From Chrysomallon squamiferum (taxonomy: Eukaryota > Animalia > Mollusca): a stretch of 64,000 bases of DNA. Position 1 is the first letter of the stretch; the number at the start of each line of letters is the position of its first letter. The stretch lies in contig CM022670.1 in the NCBI GenBank assembly GCA_012295275.1, positions 32,550,001-32,614,000 on the forward strand. The letters are read 5' to 3'. Below, in pieces: positions 1 through 15,160 of the stretch. A program made the position numbers and the translations under genes. The notes under the pieces were generated by a model. That model was not told where the DNA came from and did no database searches. It saw only the letters and a program-made list of their open reading frames with translations.

Positions 1-1029
1 TTTTTTTCTGTTATAATATATTTATTATTATTACTGATAGTTTTGATAATGGAAATTTTTGATGATCATTATTTGATAGAAATTTACAAACTATTTTAAG
101 AGTTTGTGATATCGGAAATTCTGGAATAAAACTTTTATTCAGTTATGTCTACAAAATACAAAATAAAATTTGTTTCTTTAAAAGGAAAGTACATTTTAAA
201 AATCTGAATGCCTAAAGTAATATCTAGCTGAAAGTTAACTACTAATGATATGTCTTGAAATGTGTGAATAACATTTTAGTTTAAAAAAAAGAGGATAAAA
301 TAAAGATAAAACCTCTCACATTTCTGTTGTTAATTTTACCCTAAACATAAAGTTTGTAAAAACAAAATCATTTCATTCAGTCATTCCTGATTAAACAAAT
401 AATTTTATACTTAATTTAATTTTCTTGAATTGTTAACATACTTCAGCCTTTTGACTTAACAGAGCACCAGAACTGAAAGGTGTAAGCATGTCACAGAATT
501 TTAAAATGTCTGCTGGAATAAATGGCATAGATTATTATGTTACCAGAAATTGTTATGTAAATCACAACCTAATCCAATAACTGATCAATGGTAACAATAT
601 TTTGTTTTGACAAAGTTGTTTGGATTGTAGAAATCTTCAGAGGGCAACAGCATACTTTGTTCACTGCTGGAATGTCAGCTAGTGCAAATAGTAGGTCTAG
701 TAAAATAATGTTTACCATTATCTGGCATCAGTAAAACATTTTCACTGTCTTTGTCAATAGTCTTCACTTTTCTTGATATCTCAGAACAGGAATCATTTAG
801 GAAATTGTGTTGAGGATGTGGAATACCAAGCTAGGAATTACACTGAAAGAAGAACATGGAGGAGGAATTATTTTGATATAATAATGATGTACTCTTTATT
901 AATATTTGGTTATGTGACATCAATAATGAAACTGAAAATTGGTTGCCATCACAGAAATAGGCTCTTTTTTTTTTATTAACAGCAAAAAATTATTTATTTC
1001 ACTGTCTCATAAATGACTATTTGTATGGC

Positions 1030-1125
1030 ATTCATAGCACTGGAAAGATGTACTAGGAAAGGATCTGTGTTGTGATCAGTTACACCTCAATTCAACAATC
1101 TAACATTAAGCCACAGCCCATTTCA
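1030..1125 (-). mobile_element. Highly decayed SINE head
   Basis: AGCACTGG...GGATCTG...ACACCTCAA...TCTAACATTAAGCCACA; weak similarity to the other minus-strand copies. Confidence 0.25.
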
Positions 1126-1362
1126 AAAATCACTTCAAAATTCATTGCTTTAATTAATAGATTATAATATTAGTAATCAAATACAATACAGAAGTAGAAA
1201 TCATGGGAAATATAGAAGTAGGAATAAGTTCAGACAGAGAACTTGGGGTATATAGAGCTAAAAGTTATTGGAAACATAGAGTTAGGAATCAAATAATTTA
1301 TAGAACTAGAAATAAGTGAGATTATAGAGATGGAAATATGTGGGAATATAAAGCTGATTATA

Positions 1363-1575
1363 TGTGTGTGTATGTGTGTATATCCCCAACCAAATGTTAT
1401 TAATATTCTGAATAGTACTGTGTGTGTGTGTGTGTGTGTCTTTCCTCAACCAAATGTTATTAATATTCTTCTGAATGTGCCTGTGTTGCTGTGTGTGTGT
1501 GTGTGTGTCTTTCCTCAACCAAATGTTATTAATATTCTTCTGAATGTGTCTTTGTTGCTGTGCATGTGTGTGTGA
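1363..1575. repeat. Tandem repeat x3 of (TG)n + TTTCCTCAACCAAATGTTATTAATATTCT
   Basis: Three copies of CAACCAAATGTTATTAATATTCT spaced 60-70 bp apart. Confidence 0.9.
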
Positions 1576-4500
1576 TTCTATGTAAATTTTTCTGAGTGGA
1601 TGCTTGTGTTTTGGTTACTTGCTCTTATAACATTAATGATGATTGATAGGTGAGATCCTAATTTCACAGCAAAATATCCCCGAACAAATCACAGCTAATT
1701 AATTTTAATACCCTTTTACCTGAGGAGTTACAAGCAAACAGTTCTCACAATTTCCTATCACACTAATTAATTACCATCTATGCTTTGTCAGCTGTATCAG
1801 ATGGAAGCAAATTGAGGCTTCTTGTTGTTTTAGTATCCAGTTTGAAAGCTTAGTTTCTTTCCAAGGATAATTGAAAGAGAATATGTTTCAAGTTGGCAGC
1901 CGAAAGAAGCCAGTTGCCAGTCTTGCTTTCCATTCCAATGTCAGCATATCCATGGCTTGGTACCTGCTGCTTTCTGTCATTGCCTGGTGCCAAGCTCAGT
2001 GATTTAATTAACACAAATGCCTTGCTGTTTAATGATTATGCAGTTACAGTGGCTTCACTTTGATTCTGGCCCCAGTGTGAAACTACTGGGGTAATTTAGT
2101 ATTGTAATGAGAATGAGATCAGAATAATCCATCATCAGAGACGCATGTCAATGTGAATTTATTCATTTTTCACACCCTTCATCCAGGCCCTGCTGACCCT
2201 GATGTGAAGAGCTATTGTCTGAAATGGAATGAATCAAGCATCTGGGGTTTTCTTTTTTTCTTTAACTGACTTATCAAACATTTGTGGTCATGTCTTTGGC
2301 GTATATCCCTCACAACATTTTGTTTATAGTTCATGGTCCATATATCTTTTTCTGTGATCTATCTTATCACATCTGGGTCATAGTTTGAGGTACATTGTAT
2401 TATGTCTTTGACCTATATTAATGAGTTACAATTTCTGGTGCATACAGTAATATCCTTGACATATACAAAACATCCCTCATGACATCTGTGTTGAAACAGC
2501 TTATGAACTACTGCCAATTTGTTTCTTTTCTGATATTCTGGACCATGTGTCACAATCTCTGTAATGTTGGGCATCAAACAGCTGCTAATTTAGCAAACAT
2601 TCCTGACTCTGTGTAACTGTCCTACATTATTCTGTCACAACTTGTGAGATCAGTTGTTTTGTTACTTTGCTAACAGGTATCATTGTATTTTGGTCATGTT
2701 TTGGGGCTTCATATCTAATAGGTTTTATTCCCAGTAGTGACAGTGACTAATACTGACTGATGCCATGCTGTGTTTGAGGTGGAAATTTTGACCAAACTCT
2801 TTTGTCACTTTCCTGGCTAACATCCAAACTTAACAACAGTAAGACAGTGATGCTTGAAACTTTGTGGAATATAGGATAATAAAACAGTAAGATTTATTTG
2901 TAATATGTTTGACCAAACACAAATTCCATGAGTCAGTAAGGTGAAATTGGATGAGAGGAATTAAAAAATATTTTTGAATAAAAAATTATTATTAACTTCA
3001 ACATTTCATTGCCTTTTTTATTGCACTAATTATATTTGTGAGTATGAGAGAGAACATGTATATTTTTTAATGATATTTCTGAATCACCTGGGTTTACAAA
3101 GACTCTTTTTGTCTTATATATAATCTAACAATATTTATTTTTAAATGTTTAAAGACAAATAGATTTTATTAATTTTATGTGTAATTAGTATGTACATACA
3201 GATAGACAAACATACACAAAAACATTTACACATACATTTATCAATATTTTTCAGTTTAGAATCAGACAAGATTCAATATAGTTACAATTTCATTCCAAGA
3301 CCATACAAGAGGATCACTACTGCTATAATTTAGCTGTAGAAATTTCTTTCTCTTTTTCCAAAGACATGATAGATATTGAACCAAACTTATTTCAGACATA
3401 TATGTGCTGAAACGTGGAAAACTCAGCAGACCCTGTAAGATGGATCAATCCTGTGTCCAGACAAGCTCTCTTCCACTGAACAACATCCTGTTGCAATTGA
3501 TTTGGGAAGACATGTGCCTAATATAGCAAGACATCTTGACATTATCAAGGCAACAATTCACAAAATGTCACACCATTCACAAGTAATCATGCCCGAAGTA
3601 TGCTCTCAGAGTGACCAATTCCAAGCTGGATCAATAGCTCTTTAAAACCAACTTGTTAATTGTTTTTGCCTCTCTGACAGTGTAAAACAGATTTTTACTC
3701 ACTTTTTCAGCTTTTATTGCTAAACTGATGCTCTGAAATGTTGAAATGCTGATTAGTCTTCATTTTCCAACCAGCCATTCATTCAAATATTCTCCAGCCT
3801 GTTCATCTGTCTTTCAGAATGGTGCTCATCACTTCGGCCATACTTCACATCTGTTTCATTTCACCTTTTAGTTCCTTGTGGGGCTTTTTTAATTCAGATC
3901 CTGATTGACAGTGAAATAATTGAGAAATTAATTATAATGAATTTGTCAACCAATTTCATACATCTGGTATGATATAATTTTTACCCATTCTAAACTACTG
4001 CAGAAATATGCCTATAATTCCCTTGCATTAAGAGTATAGCCATAGATTTAATTCTGTAGAAAAGATCATTATTTAGAAATATACCTTGGCAGTCTGATTT
4101 CCAAATCTGTTCTTTTTATGCCTTTTCCTGCCCTAACCAGTTTTACCTAAATGATTTATTGAATGCTGTGATATGTTCTGAGGATGCTACATGTGTGAGC
4201 TGCGTAATGTAATGGCAGAAACATGTTTTCTCTCTTTGAACATGCTTTTTTTTTTTTGTACTGTTTGATGTGAAGTATCCATGTCACTAGTGGAAATTTC
4301 TCTATTAGCTTAATTGGTAGAGTATATGATTCATATACTGAGGTTATCTTTCCAGACAGCATTAAGACTCAGTAAATTATAAAAAAATAAAAATAATGTT
4401 TTTTTAAAAATTATAATGGAAAGATTAATAAATTAATTTATTCCTTACCTAAGATTAATTGAAGAAATAATGTTTATCAGTATTGTTTTATGATTAAAAT

Positions 4501-4960
4501 ACTTCTATGTTTGTTCCTCTTGTGTGTAATATTTAGTTGATAAGTTCACATGTACTTGTTTTAACATATCATTTTCATTTTTACCTCTTTTTTTTCATTT
4601 CTCTACATTGGAGATGGGTTTTTTTCATTGTTATTTGGTGTTTTTTTTGGGGGGGTTTGTAGTTGGGTTCTTTGGCTTCACATAGGATATAGGCCTAATT
4701 ATAACTAATTAATGATAAGGAAAGAGTTCATGAACTTTGATTATTTCAGTCAGTGCATGTTGCATGTAGTGAAAAACAACAAAAAAAAGTCTGTGCATAA
4801 ACAGAAAATCTCCCACTATTTACAATCAACATCATTTGGCTTCGAGTTTCTGTTTTTAAAGTCAACAAGAACATTTTTGTAACAAGGAACTTCTGCCAAA
4901 ATTACAGACCCATTTACTTACCTAAGTTGTTCAGCGAGTTATTGAAACTGTTCCTCCTCA

Positions 4961-5240
4961 GAAAGTGAGAGAGAATGAGATAGATAGAGCGATAGAGGAT
5001 GGAGAAGATAAAGGGAGGGAGGAGAAGATAGATAGTGGGAAAGAGAATGACAGAGAGAGATAGAAAACAGAGATAGAGAACAGAGAAAGAGAGAGAGCAA
5101 GAGTAAGAATGACTGAGAGGTGTGAAAAAAGGAAGAGAGAAACAGATGGAAGATCATCCGAGAGAGAGAATGGGAGATTCTATATTTTCTTGAATAAAAT
5201 TAGTTAAGGAGAGAGAGGGAAAGATGGACAGAGACAGAAA
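4961..5240. repeat. Degenerate GA-rich polypurine tract
   Basis: Decayed (GA)n/(GATA)n sequence. Confidence 0.8.
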
Positions 5241-5889
5241 TAAAAAATATCATTACCTCAGGCTGGATTTTCAATAATGCTGAAAGATTTAATAGTAAAA
5301 TAATATGTCTGAATGTTTGTGTTTGGATCTCACAACAGCTGGTGCGTGTTCTCTAGTAAACTGTTGTGAGTAATGTAGGCAAATTTTTGAAAGAGTTTTC
5401 TTTTTAATTTAAAAAGTCTAACAAATTATTAAGATAAAATTTATGAAAAGATGTAAAAATCAAATCTAAAGAAAAAATTTTTTTTTTTTTTTAAGAATCT
5501 AAGAAATAAATTAAAATGTAGAAAAAAATAAAATAAAATGTAGGAAAAATCAATAAAAATGTTGAAAAATGAAAATATAGCTTTACTGCATGTAAATATT
5601 TCACAAGGAGAACCAGACTGAAAAAATATTTACAATATTTTTACCAGTCTGAAAACAATCTTTACTTATATAGCATATAACTGACATTAAAAGAGTATAT
5701 ATCAAATATAATACTTAGAACTAGAAAATAAGATAAATTATAAAAACACAGTTTTGTTTTACAAATTCTTTGGCTCCAATATACTTAATTGCATTCAATT
5801 TCATCATCTTCCAATAACAAATCAAAAATTTTAGTTTTTATTTTGATATCTGTAAAACAAAAATAAATGTCTAGTTACCTAAGATGAAG

Positions 5890-6310
5890 ACTTTGTAAAT
5901 AGAGTTGGAAATTATTATTTTTGTAAAGGTGATATTGATCTTTTAGGGTAGACAGTCTCTCTAAAGTGAAACTTATAAAGTTGTTGGTATATGTCATCTG
6001 TGGTGAGCATATGAAAAACTGAGTTAAAGTTCTAAGGTTGGGATTGAAAAATAAAGGTTTACCTTATATATTTGGGATTCTAAATCATTTGAATGGTATC
6101 GAAAAAAGTGAGCTTAAGTTTCAGAAATTTTGGATTATAAATTATTTGAGGGTGCCTGAAAGTTAAACTTGTATTTTATAAATAATCTTATTGGTGTCTT
6201 AAAAAGCAGCTAACTTTCAAAGATTTGGAATCTAAATCATACGAAGGGTGCCAGAAAAAAAACAAAAATGAGATACATTTTCAACAGTTACAATTCATTG
6301 GCAATGATGT
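5890..6310. repeat. Old degenerate ~55-bp tandem array
   Basis: Recurring AAAAAG.GAG.TAA.TTTC...TTTGGA.T.TAAAT.ATTTGA.GGTG.C. Confidence 0.6.
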
Positions 6311-9300
6311 CTGTAAAAGTAAGATGAATTTTCTACTGATATTTGATACATATTTAGGTGGTGCTATTTTAGGCTTCATTATTAGCATTTGACAACATCA
6401 ACTGTCTGCACACATCAACAAATCTTGATGTATGAAAATGAATTTATTATATTCTTCTGAGCAGACAGAATTGATTGCCCTTCTAAAGGTAGTAGCAAAG
6501 TCATATAATCATTTTAGCGTAAGAAGAAATGTTTCCATTTCACTTTGTCTGTCTTGTGAGCAATCAATATCTGCTTGCTGTGTATAAATAGGCTGTCACT
6601 AATCATAACTAATTCAGTCTGTGGTGTAAGAATTCTCTCCACTGGGCACCCACTTGACCCCCTTTTAAGGTCCCATTGAATGGAATGGCTTCTCTCCCAG
6701 CACTGTTCATAATTGTTGTATTCTGAGTGTGAATTGCAATCAATAGCTGTATATGTCTGTGTTTGTAATAAAAGATGAGATTTCATAAAAATATTTCCAT
6801 AAAAAATAATTCATGCTTGATGTTAGGAAGTAATCCCAATTACTCTGTTACAAATACGTCAGTCTGTGTGTGTTTGACGTCTATGCAACCACAAGTCTTG
6901 TTTGATCAGCTTTGATATTGATGTGTCTCACATTTGTTGTTTTTTTTTTTTTTCTTCAAAGGAAAACTGAGTTCATTTTTGAATAATTGTTTTGATTAGA
7001 AAAAGCTGCTGAAATGAAAATAATCTAGAGTTAGAGTAATATTTTGGAAAATGTTTTGAATTTGATATAACATCAGTAAAATATTTCTACATATAGTGGA
7101 TAGGGTGACTGATTAATACTGAAAAGTATGAAGCTGGCCTGGATTTCTTTTCCTCTGACATTCCATAATATAGTTTTATTTTCAATAATAACCACACACA
7201 CACACACACACACACACAGACATATCATATATACAAATATATACACACCTGCCTACATATCTTACACATATAATATATTTGCAAAGACCCATAGACATTA
7301 TATTACATTTCTTTTCTCCATACACCAACATCAAAACATTATCATACACAGGAAATGTTACAGATTTTATTAGATTTTATCCTTGCAGATAAATTCTACG
7401 CATTTTGAATAAATGATAACTGACCTATAAACATAAAGAAAAATCACTGATAAAAAAAAAAGCTGCAAACATTGTTTGTTCATCTGTTAAATTAATAATC
7501 GCATTCTCATATATCAAACAATATTTTACCATCTAAGATTTGTATTACAGCTTGTAACCCGGGGGGCTAAGCAAGCAATGTTACATAGCGTGACATCAGG
7601 AATATTGGAAAATTCCCACATCACTTCATTTTATTTAGCAGGAAATTCCACTGGGAGAAGGAAAACTATTTCTGTCTGTGAGTTATTGCTGAAGCGTGTA
7701 CTAAAAAGTCTTCTATTTTTTATTTTGATGTCACAGGTAGTAATTTGCTTATCTTCACCAGACAGCCATCACTGATTTCATTTCTGCAAGACAGTTAGTG
7801 TCAGTTGTCAGTTATTCTTTACTTCCTTTTCAAAAATGAGATCAACACTTTAAAAGAAGCATTTCAAGACTTTTTACTATACACATGTATATATACATAA
7901 ATACAGGCACATATACTGATATGTCTACAGACGATATACCTACACACCCATTCACATACATTCACACATACATATATACATACATACATATAGACACATA
8001 CACAATTATTTAATTAATCTCCAGTGATAAAATTGTTTTAAAATGTATTCTGCCACTTGGTTATTTACAAATGACACTGACAAACATAACTCAAGAGTAT
8101 ACTCACAGAATTAAAATGCTTTAAATAATTTTCAGTGATGTTTTAAAATGTTATCTTTTGTTTAAAGGCAGAAAAAAGTAATTTAAAAATGTCTTCTGCC
8201 TCTTCTGTACTTAGCACTTGGTGATGAAAACAGACATAAATAAAAACATGCTGTAGGCAGTGTTCAAGATATTTCTGTATTTCCTAATTTGCTTTTTGTC
8301 AAAATATCCATTTTAAAATCTTCTACCGTTTCTTTTTAAACATCTAACACTAATAAGCGTAAATAAAAGAAAACCATGCTGACCCATATAAAACCAATTT
8401 AAATAATTAACTATTCAAAATTCTTAAAGAATGTTTTTATTTCTTTTTAATTTTTTTTTATTAAATATGTTTTACAGTTTTTTAAATGTTAAGAGTTTAA
8501 AATGGGTTCAATAATTTTATTATGTTAGCACTGTCAGTAATAAATATGCACACATATAAATAAAAAATAAACCCATCAACAAAAACAAAAACAAAAATTG
8601 TTATTAAATTTAAAAAAACAAAAAAACAAACAAAAAAAACAGTTGTTCAAGATTTGAAAATGTTTATTTTGTTCATTTAAGATTTCCTATTAATCAATGA
8701 AGTATCAGTTTGAAAATGTATTTCTGTGTTTAATCTCTGATAGACATATAAAACCGAGAGAGAGAGAGAGAGAGCACAGACTAAAAGAAATTTACTATAA
8801 TCATAAACAGGTTACAGTATTTGTAAAGTTTCATGTCTTATTTGATTTTTTTTTTCTGTTAGCATGTATTTAAGTTAAAGCTCTGTAAAGATTTGGCTCA
8901 TTTTCAAGAACCTTCTCCAGACTTAAAGAAGAAACTGTTAACAACATATGTACTGCTGTCCATTCTAATTCTTCTAACATTTTCTTTCTTTTTTTTTCAA
9001 AACAGAAAATTCAATAGAATTTAATTAAGTTTGTTATAAACTATTTTTATATTTTTTTAAAAATTAACTATTATCAGAAGCTTGGACATTTGAGAAAGAG
9101 AAAACAGGAATAACATAGATATTGGTTGTTTTTTGTTTTCTTTCAAGTTGTTTTTGAATGATTTTAGTTGTTGTTTTCACTTCTGTAAATAATCCTGTCT
9201 GCTTAGTTTCAAAGAAGTAAAAGAAAACAAAAACAACAGAAGGCAGATGGTAAATGTCACAGTAAGTAATAATCTACTCTCTAATGAGAGCAAAGAAAAT

Positions 9301-9450
9301 TTGTAAAAAGTCATTCATCTTGTAAGCTCTGGGTGTTTGAGTCATCTGTTAAAACAAAAGAAGAAAAATAAATCATTCATTATTTGCTTAATCAAAATAC
9401 AAAATTTAATATCTTTTACTTACTGTCATGCTGGTGTATACATAAACTCT

Positions 9451-9583
9451 GTAGCTGTAACCATATGGTTAGTAGAGTCCTGACATGAGGAATGATAGAT
9501 CATTAGATCAACCCTCAGCAGTATTACCCTTTTGAGCAATTTTCAGTTCAAGCCAGTGCTCTGTGTTAGGTATGTGAAAGCTA
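9451..9583 (+). mobile_element. Decayed tRNA-derived SINE, 5' part
   Basis: Shares AGCCAGTGCTCTG (9551-9563) with the reverse complement of 51551-51563. Layout resembles a gastropod MetaSINE-like consensus recalled from memory (not searched). Confidence 0.55.
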
Positions 9584-10832
9584 TATTATATATATATATA
9601 TACCACCACACATATCTATGTATTTGTTTACCTGATTCTTTACTTCTTAATTTTTCTAAATTAAAACAGAAATAAAATGTTCATTACTTAATACTAATAA
9701 ATTTATATATAAAGAGAAAACCAAAAAAAAAAAAAAAAAATTATTTTATATATATGTATGTGGATACTTCTTTATAATTATGAGTCTCTCTCTGTGTGTG
9801 TGTGTGTGTGTGTTACTTTACACAGAAGTGAAACACATTGCTATTTGATATTCAAGAGTGTTTTAACCAGACTTGTCTAGCAAAAGTAGACTCTTGAAAG
9901 GCTTTTGTCTTCAGCAGTCAGTGTAAAATGATTCTGATGTGAATCTGGAAACAGGTGGAGAGGTTTTCTGTAAGCTGATGTACTTTGTGGCCTCTGTCAT
10001 CTTCTGCACTGGCCTTAATCAGCCGTTTGATCATGAGAAGATCACCCATTGGTGATTCTGATAGTCTATGTATAGCATTCTTGAGATGATGTGTCATGTA
10101 CCTAGCACATCTGTTAACCCAAGTTTTCTTTTGTATTATTTCTATGAATATACATATACACATTAATATATATCTACATACAAACACATACACACACTCA
10201 CTCTCACATACACACACACAAACACACACACACACACACACTCACAAACACATACATACAACTGTAAGAGAGTCTGTATACAAGTTCAGAAATCTATGCA
10301 CATATACCATCATCATCATCATTATCATTATCATTATTATCATCTCATTTGTTAACAAGTGAACCAGACATTTATAGATTAAATCATTATTCCACATTAA
10401 TGTAATTAACTAGGTACATTTAGAAATAATGACACCACTTACTGGTTAGATACAGAACAGTTTACATTATTTGACCAGTCTTTATGTAGCTATTTTCTGT
10501 AATGTACAAATTAGGATGCAGAATTAATTTTTTACTTTTATTGCTGGATTTTTGTAGAGATTTTTACATTTTAATTTAGTAAAATTAATTAATAGCATCA
10601 ACCAGTTTTGTTGGTAATAAAAATTGTTTTATTTACATAAATTAAATATATTACATCCACTGGTGTTGTGGGTTGAATTTTAAACTGAATATAAAATAAA
10701 TTATAAACAGATATTTGTATTAAAAATGGTTGTTGTTTTGAGTTTTTTTAAATTTATTTAAATTTATTTTATTATAATGATTTGTAAATAGGTTTCAGTA
10801 AAGAATTAAAAGCAAAAAACAAATTAATTAAC

Positions 10833-10865
<33 letters not shown>

Positions 10866-11498
10866 TAATAATAATAATAATAATAACAATTATGGTATTA
10901 TTTTTAAAAAAACACCCAAAAACACAACATACAATAAATAGCATTAAGCTACTACTATCATCAAATAATTTTAAATACACAAAGTAAACAGAATTAAGGA
11001 ATTTGATCAGTTAGTTCTGTTAAAAGATTCTTCTCTGATTTTCTGCTTTGGTGTTTAGCCAGTTATTTCTACCTCAAAATATCCCTGTTAAGGATAATTG
11101 AAAAAGCTAATGTGAATATCTGTAGTCATCAAAATAGCATGGATTTTTAGACTGCTACCTAATTTGAAAATTATGCTATGTGGTTTCTTCATCTGTAAAG
11201 AAATTAATAGGCAGTATTCACAGTTGTTGTTTGTTTTGTATTGGTTTTTTTTTTAGGTTCCAGAAAAGCAAGTTATTTTGGTACAGGCTGTTTTGGGGAT
11301 ATTTTTTATGTAAACTAATTCTGTACAATTTACTAATGGTCAAAAATATTAAAAATAGTAATTTATGGAGGCCATAATTGTTTGTTTGATTATTTGGGTT
11401 TTTTTTTTAATTTTTAATTTTTTTCTATTTTAGAAAGTTTTTTTAAAATTTATTATATTAATAGTATTATTGTCTACATGCATATCTGCATCCACCTA

Positions 11499-11506
11499 TG
11501 TGTGTT

Positions 11507-11566
<60 letters not shown>
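11499..11566. repeat. (TG)n microsatellite
   Basis: Direct inspection. Confidence 0.95.
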
Positions 11567-12401
11567 TTTATATAGTATCAGATATAATTTACAATATACA
11601 AACCTAATTTATTAAAATTTACTACCAGAATAGTCATCATTAGAACACTAATCTAACATGAAAAGGAAATATAATTTTGATTTTTTTTTTTTTTCTGATA
11701 GATTATTTTGAAAACTTTGTGTCCAATACTTCAATTTTGGACAGAACACATAAAATACATTGGCTTGATTTAGCTACAGTCATCTCTTCATTGATTTTGT
11801 TAAGTTGCAGAAGCAGAGTCAGACTTTACCATATATAACCCTGCAGCAGAAGATTTTGTCTACTAAGCTTAATCCCTCAATGATAAGAAAAGAAGAAGCC
11901 GGCATAAACCTCAGTTCAGCATGGAGCTAATTGTTGGAGAATAATTTTCTGCTTGTTTGTCAACCAACAGAACTAATTGTGGTCCTGGGCTATGTTTAAA
12001 GGTCAGAAGCACTGGCTTGCTGGGAACTTTGAAAGCTCTAATAGATACTTGTGTTAATTACAGCTGAGGGGTTTTCAACAGGTCACACGAGGCTGTTCTG
12101 TTGACATTGTGTTCATATCAATCAGTTTAAATACCTGTTCTTGTTTTCTCTTTAAGCACACACAGATAAGAAGGTTGGCTGAGGAGTCTACTGACAGACA
12201 GTTGAAGAAAATAGAAAAAAACAAAAAATGTTAGAAATATTTACATGTATAGTACGTCATAGATAAAAACAGATTCTGAAGGGCATTGTCAAGAAATATA
12301 TTCACAGAATACATTTTTTTACATTCCATTTCAGTAAAGAGTGTGCAATTTTAAAATATTTTCTATTCTCTATATATATTTAATGTATCTTTCTGTTATC
12401 C

Positions 12402-12455
<54 letters not shown>

Positions 12456-13684
12456 AAAACACACATTCATAAATGTTTTCAATAACTATTTTATCTTTTG
12501 GAGGAAAGCGCTGTTTATGAAACTGAAAAAAAAAAAAAAAAATTATATTTCTGTACTTAAAGTATTACCTTCTTTAAACAAAGGTGATTATTATTTAGTA
12601 ATGTCTCTAAGTTTGTTCATCTCTGTATGTATTTATGTATTTACTGATGTAGATGTAAAAGATAATTTTAATTAAATATATTACATAAACAGATTATTAA
12701 TATCCTATTGTATCTTACAGTTTCACTGAGGCATGAATTTGCACTAGCAACAAATATGGTTTATTCATTATGACTGGCATGAAGTAAAGTTGATTTATTG
12801 AACATTCAGTCAATAGCAGCCATGATATCAAAGCAATTTTCCACCAGTTATGAACAACTTTTTCTTCTCCTTCAGAAATGAAGTTTTTTTTTTTTTCTTA
12901 AAATCTATACTTTTCTTTTTTCTTTTTATTTCTTATGAAAAATGCCAATAAATCAACAAATAAAATGAGTTTGCTTGTGGTGAATGTCTATTTTTAATTT
13001 TTTGGGCTAATAGGATGTTGTATTGATTCCAGATGCATTGCAGTTGCAGGACGCTATACGCAGCAAAATACTTTAGAAAATCTCTTAAGAGGTTCCATAA
13101 TTACCCAGTAATTTGGCACATGATGTACTAGCTTCCAACCACATAGTTCTGACTTACATTTGCCTCAAAAAGTGAACAAGAATTTTTTTTTTTTTTCTAA
13201 ATACAAACATGTTTAAATGGCCATAAAATATTTAGTGTTAGTAAAAAAAATAAGAAATGTTTAATTTAAACTGAATTTTTTTTCATTTTCTGTTTGATAT
13301 ATTTTTAACTATAATGTTCGAAGATGTGGTGGGGGTTCTAAATGCTCTATTCTGAATTTGTTTGCTTTTATATTTAATATAGTTCAAATGTTTTTCCTTT
13401 GAATGCTTTATCCAAAATGCTTTTGACATCATGTATAGAGGTTGTGTTTATTTGTAATATATTTCTGGCTATAATATTCAAAGATGAGGATTTGTTTTGT
13501 GAATGCTTTGTTGAAAAGACATTATTTTCTTTGTATAGAGGTTAAGTGTTTATTTTGGATATTTAGACAGATGTTAGTGACTTAATGTATATTTGTTAAT
13601 ATACCCAGCATTTCCACTTTCAAAAGAAATGAACAGTTTTTCAATATTTAGATCATTATGGAAAGTGATGATCATAAGCATAAC

Positions 13685-13775
13685 AAACCCATTGCATGTT
13701 TTTCTGTTCTAGCTTGGGCCTGAAATTAATATCACTCACTAAGAATTGGCAAAGTAACATAAAAGATCCCTAGAA
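13685..13775 (+). mobile_element. SINE fragment
   Basis: CCCATTG...TTTCTGTTCTAGC...CATAAAAGATCCC. Confidence 0.35.
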
Positions 13776-14312
13776 TACCCAATATAATCTATTTGTCTGT
13801 ATATCTGTCTGTCTCTCTGTCCCTATTTATTTGTCTGTCTTCCTGTCTTCTATTAAACATATATACCTTTATTCATTCATTTATTTATATTCAGTCTCAG
13901 AGAAAAAAGATTTGGATTAATTACCATTTAGTGATATGAACTCCACTCCACTTCTTTCTTAACAGTACAACACACTCACTCAACACTAATCTAAAAATAA
14001 AAATACAGCTCACTGTGTTATACCTAATAATAATAAAATTTATTTACAAAATACATTCATTAGTATTTAGTTTCAGAAATAAAACTTTTGGCTTAATTAC
14101 CATTTAGTCACATTTAGTCATGTGAAATCCACCCCAGAAATTAAATTGTTTTTATAGTTCTTTCCTAATAATAAAATACATTCTCATTGAAATTCTCGAC
14201 AGTTTTAATATCTTTAATTTCACAGTTTAATCAGTGAGAACTGAGCAGTTTCAAACACCTAATATAAATTTTCATAGCTAATAAAACATTATCTCTATTC
14301 ATGGTTTTATTC

Positions 14313-14344
<32 letters not shown>

Positions 14345-14529
14345 TGCTTATATGCAGGAGACTAGGTTGCCATTCAAGTGCAAAAGTAATTGTCGATTAA
14401 AAAATCTATTACACTGATAAAGAAGTTAATTTCCTTTTCTCATTTTACTATAAAGTGGTTTTGTGCAAAGTGATCAATATTTTAGATCACGTTAGCCATG
14501 TCTAGCATATCCAGGAGACTTCTGCCTTT

Positions 14530-15160
14530 AAAGTCTTTGCAATAAAAACAATGAACTGTGATTATTTTTGGACAGCATGAAATACTCTTTTTTCCCATTT
14601 TGTAGAGTGAAAACTCTGAATATTGATTACTTTTAAGCAGCAAGAGATATTTTCTTTAATCTTTTTCCATGACAGAAACAATAAATATTGATTATTCTCA
14701 GAAAGCATGAGATATTCTTTTTTCTGTTTTATAAAAAAAAAATCTATAAATGGTTATTATTCTTGGACAGTAAAAGATATTTTCTATTCACCTTTTGTAA
14801 AGCAAAAACAATTAATCATCTTCATTCATATCAATGTATATTTTTTCTATATATTTTTTAAAGTAAAAATCAATTAATATATTCTTTTTTGTTGTTAATA
14901 AAGAAGGACAGCAAAAGATACTCTTTCACCCCCATCTTTTTACAAAACAATTAGCAGTGATCATTCGTAGCAGGAGAAACCCTATTTCTATCTTTATATA
15001 GATTAAACATGTTAATAATGATCCTTCATAAGAAGAAATACACTTAAAAGGACAGTGATCCATACATGGATGAGTAAAATATCTTCTCACTATTTATGTC
15101 GCAAAGAACTTGAATAAAGATCCAACTGATCTGGAAAAGATATCCTACATCTCACATTTT
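14530..15160. repeat. Old degenerate ~63-bp tandem array
   Basis: Recurring TGATTATT...ACAGCA.GAGATATT.T.T...AAAA.AAT motif. Confidence 0.7.

Noticed and set aside
1636-1655. ATGATGATTGATAG|GTGAGA, phase-2 micro-exon (MMID)
   Set aside because: Too short to distinguish from chance; no promoter-like context.
9451-9530. Possible tRNA gene
   Set aside because: A/B boxes are degenerate and no cloverleaf forms; it is a SINE head.
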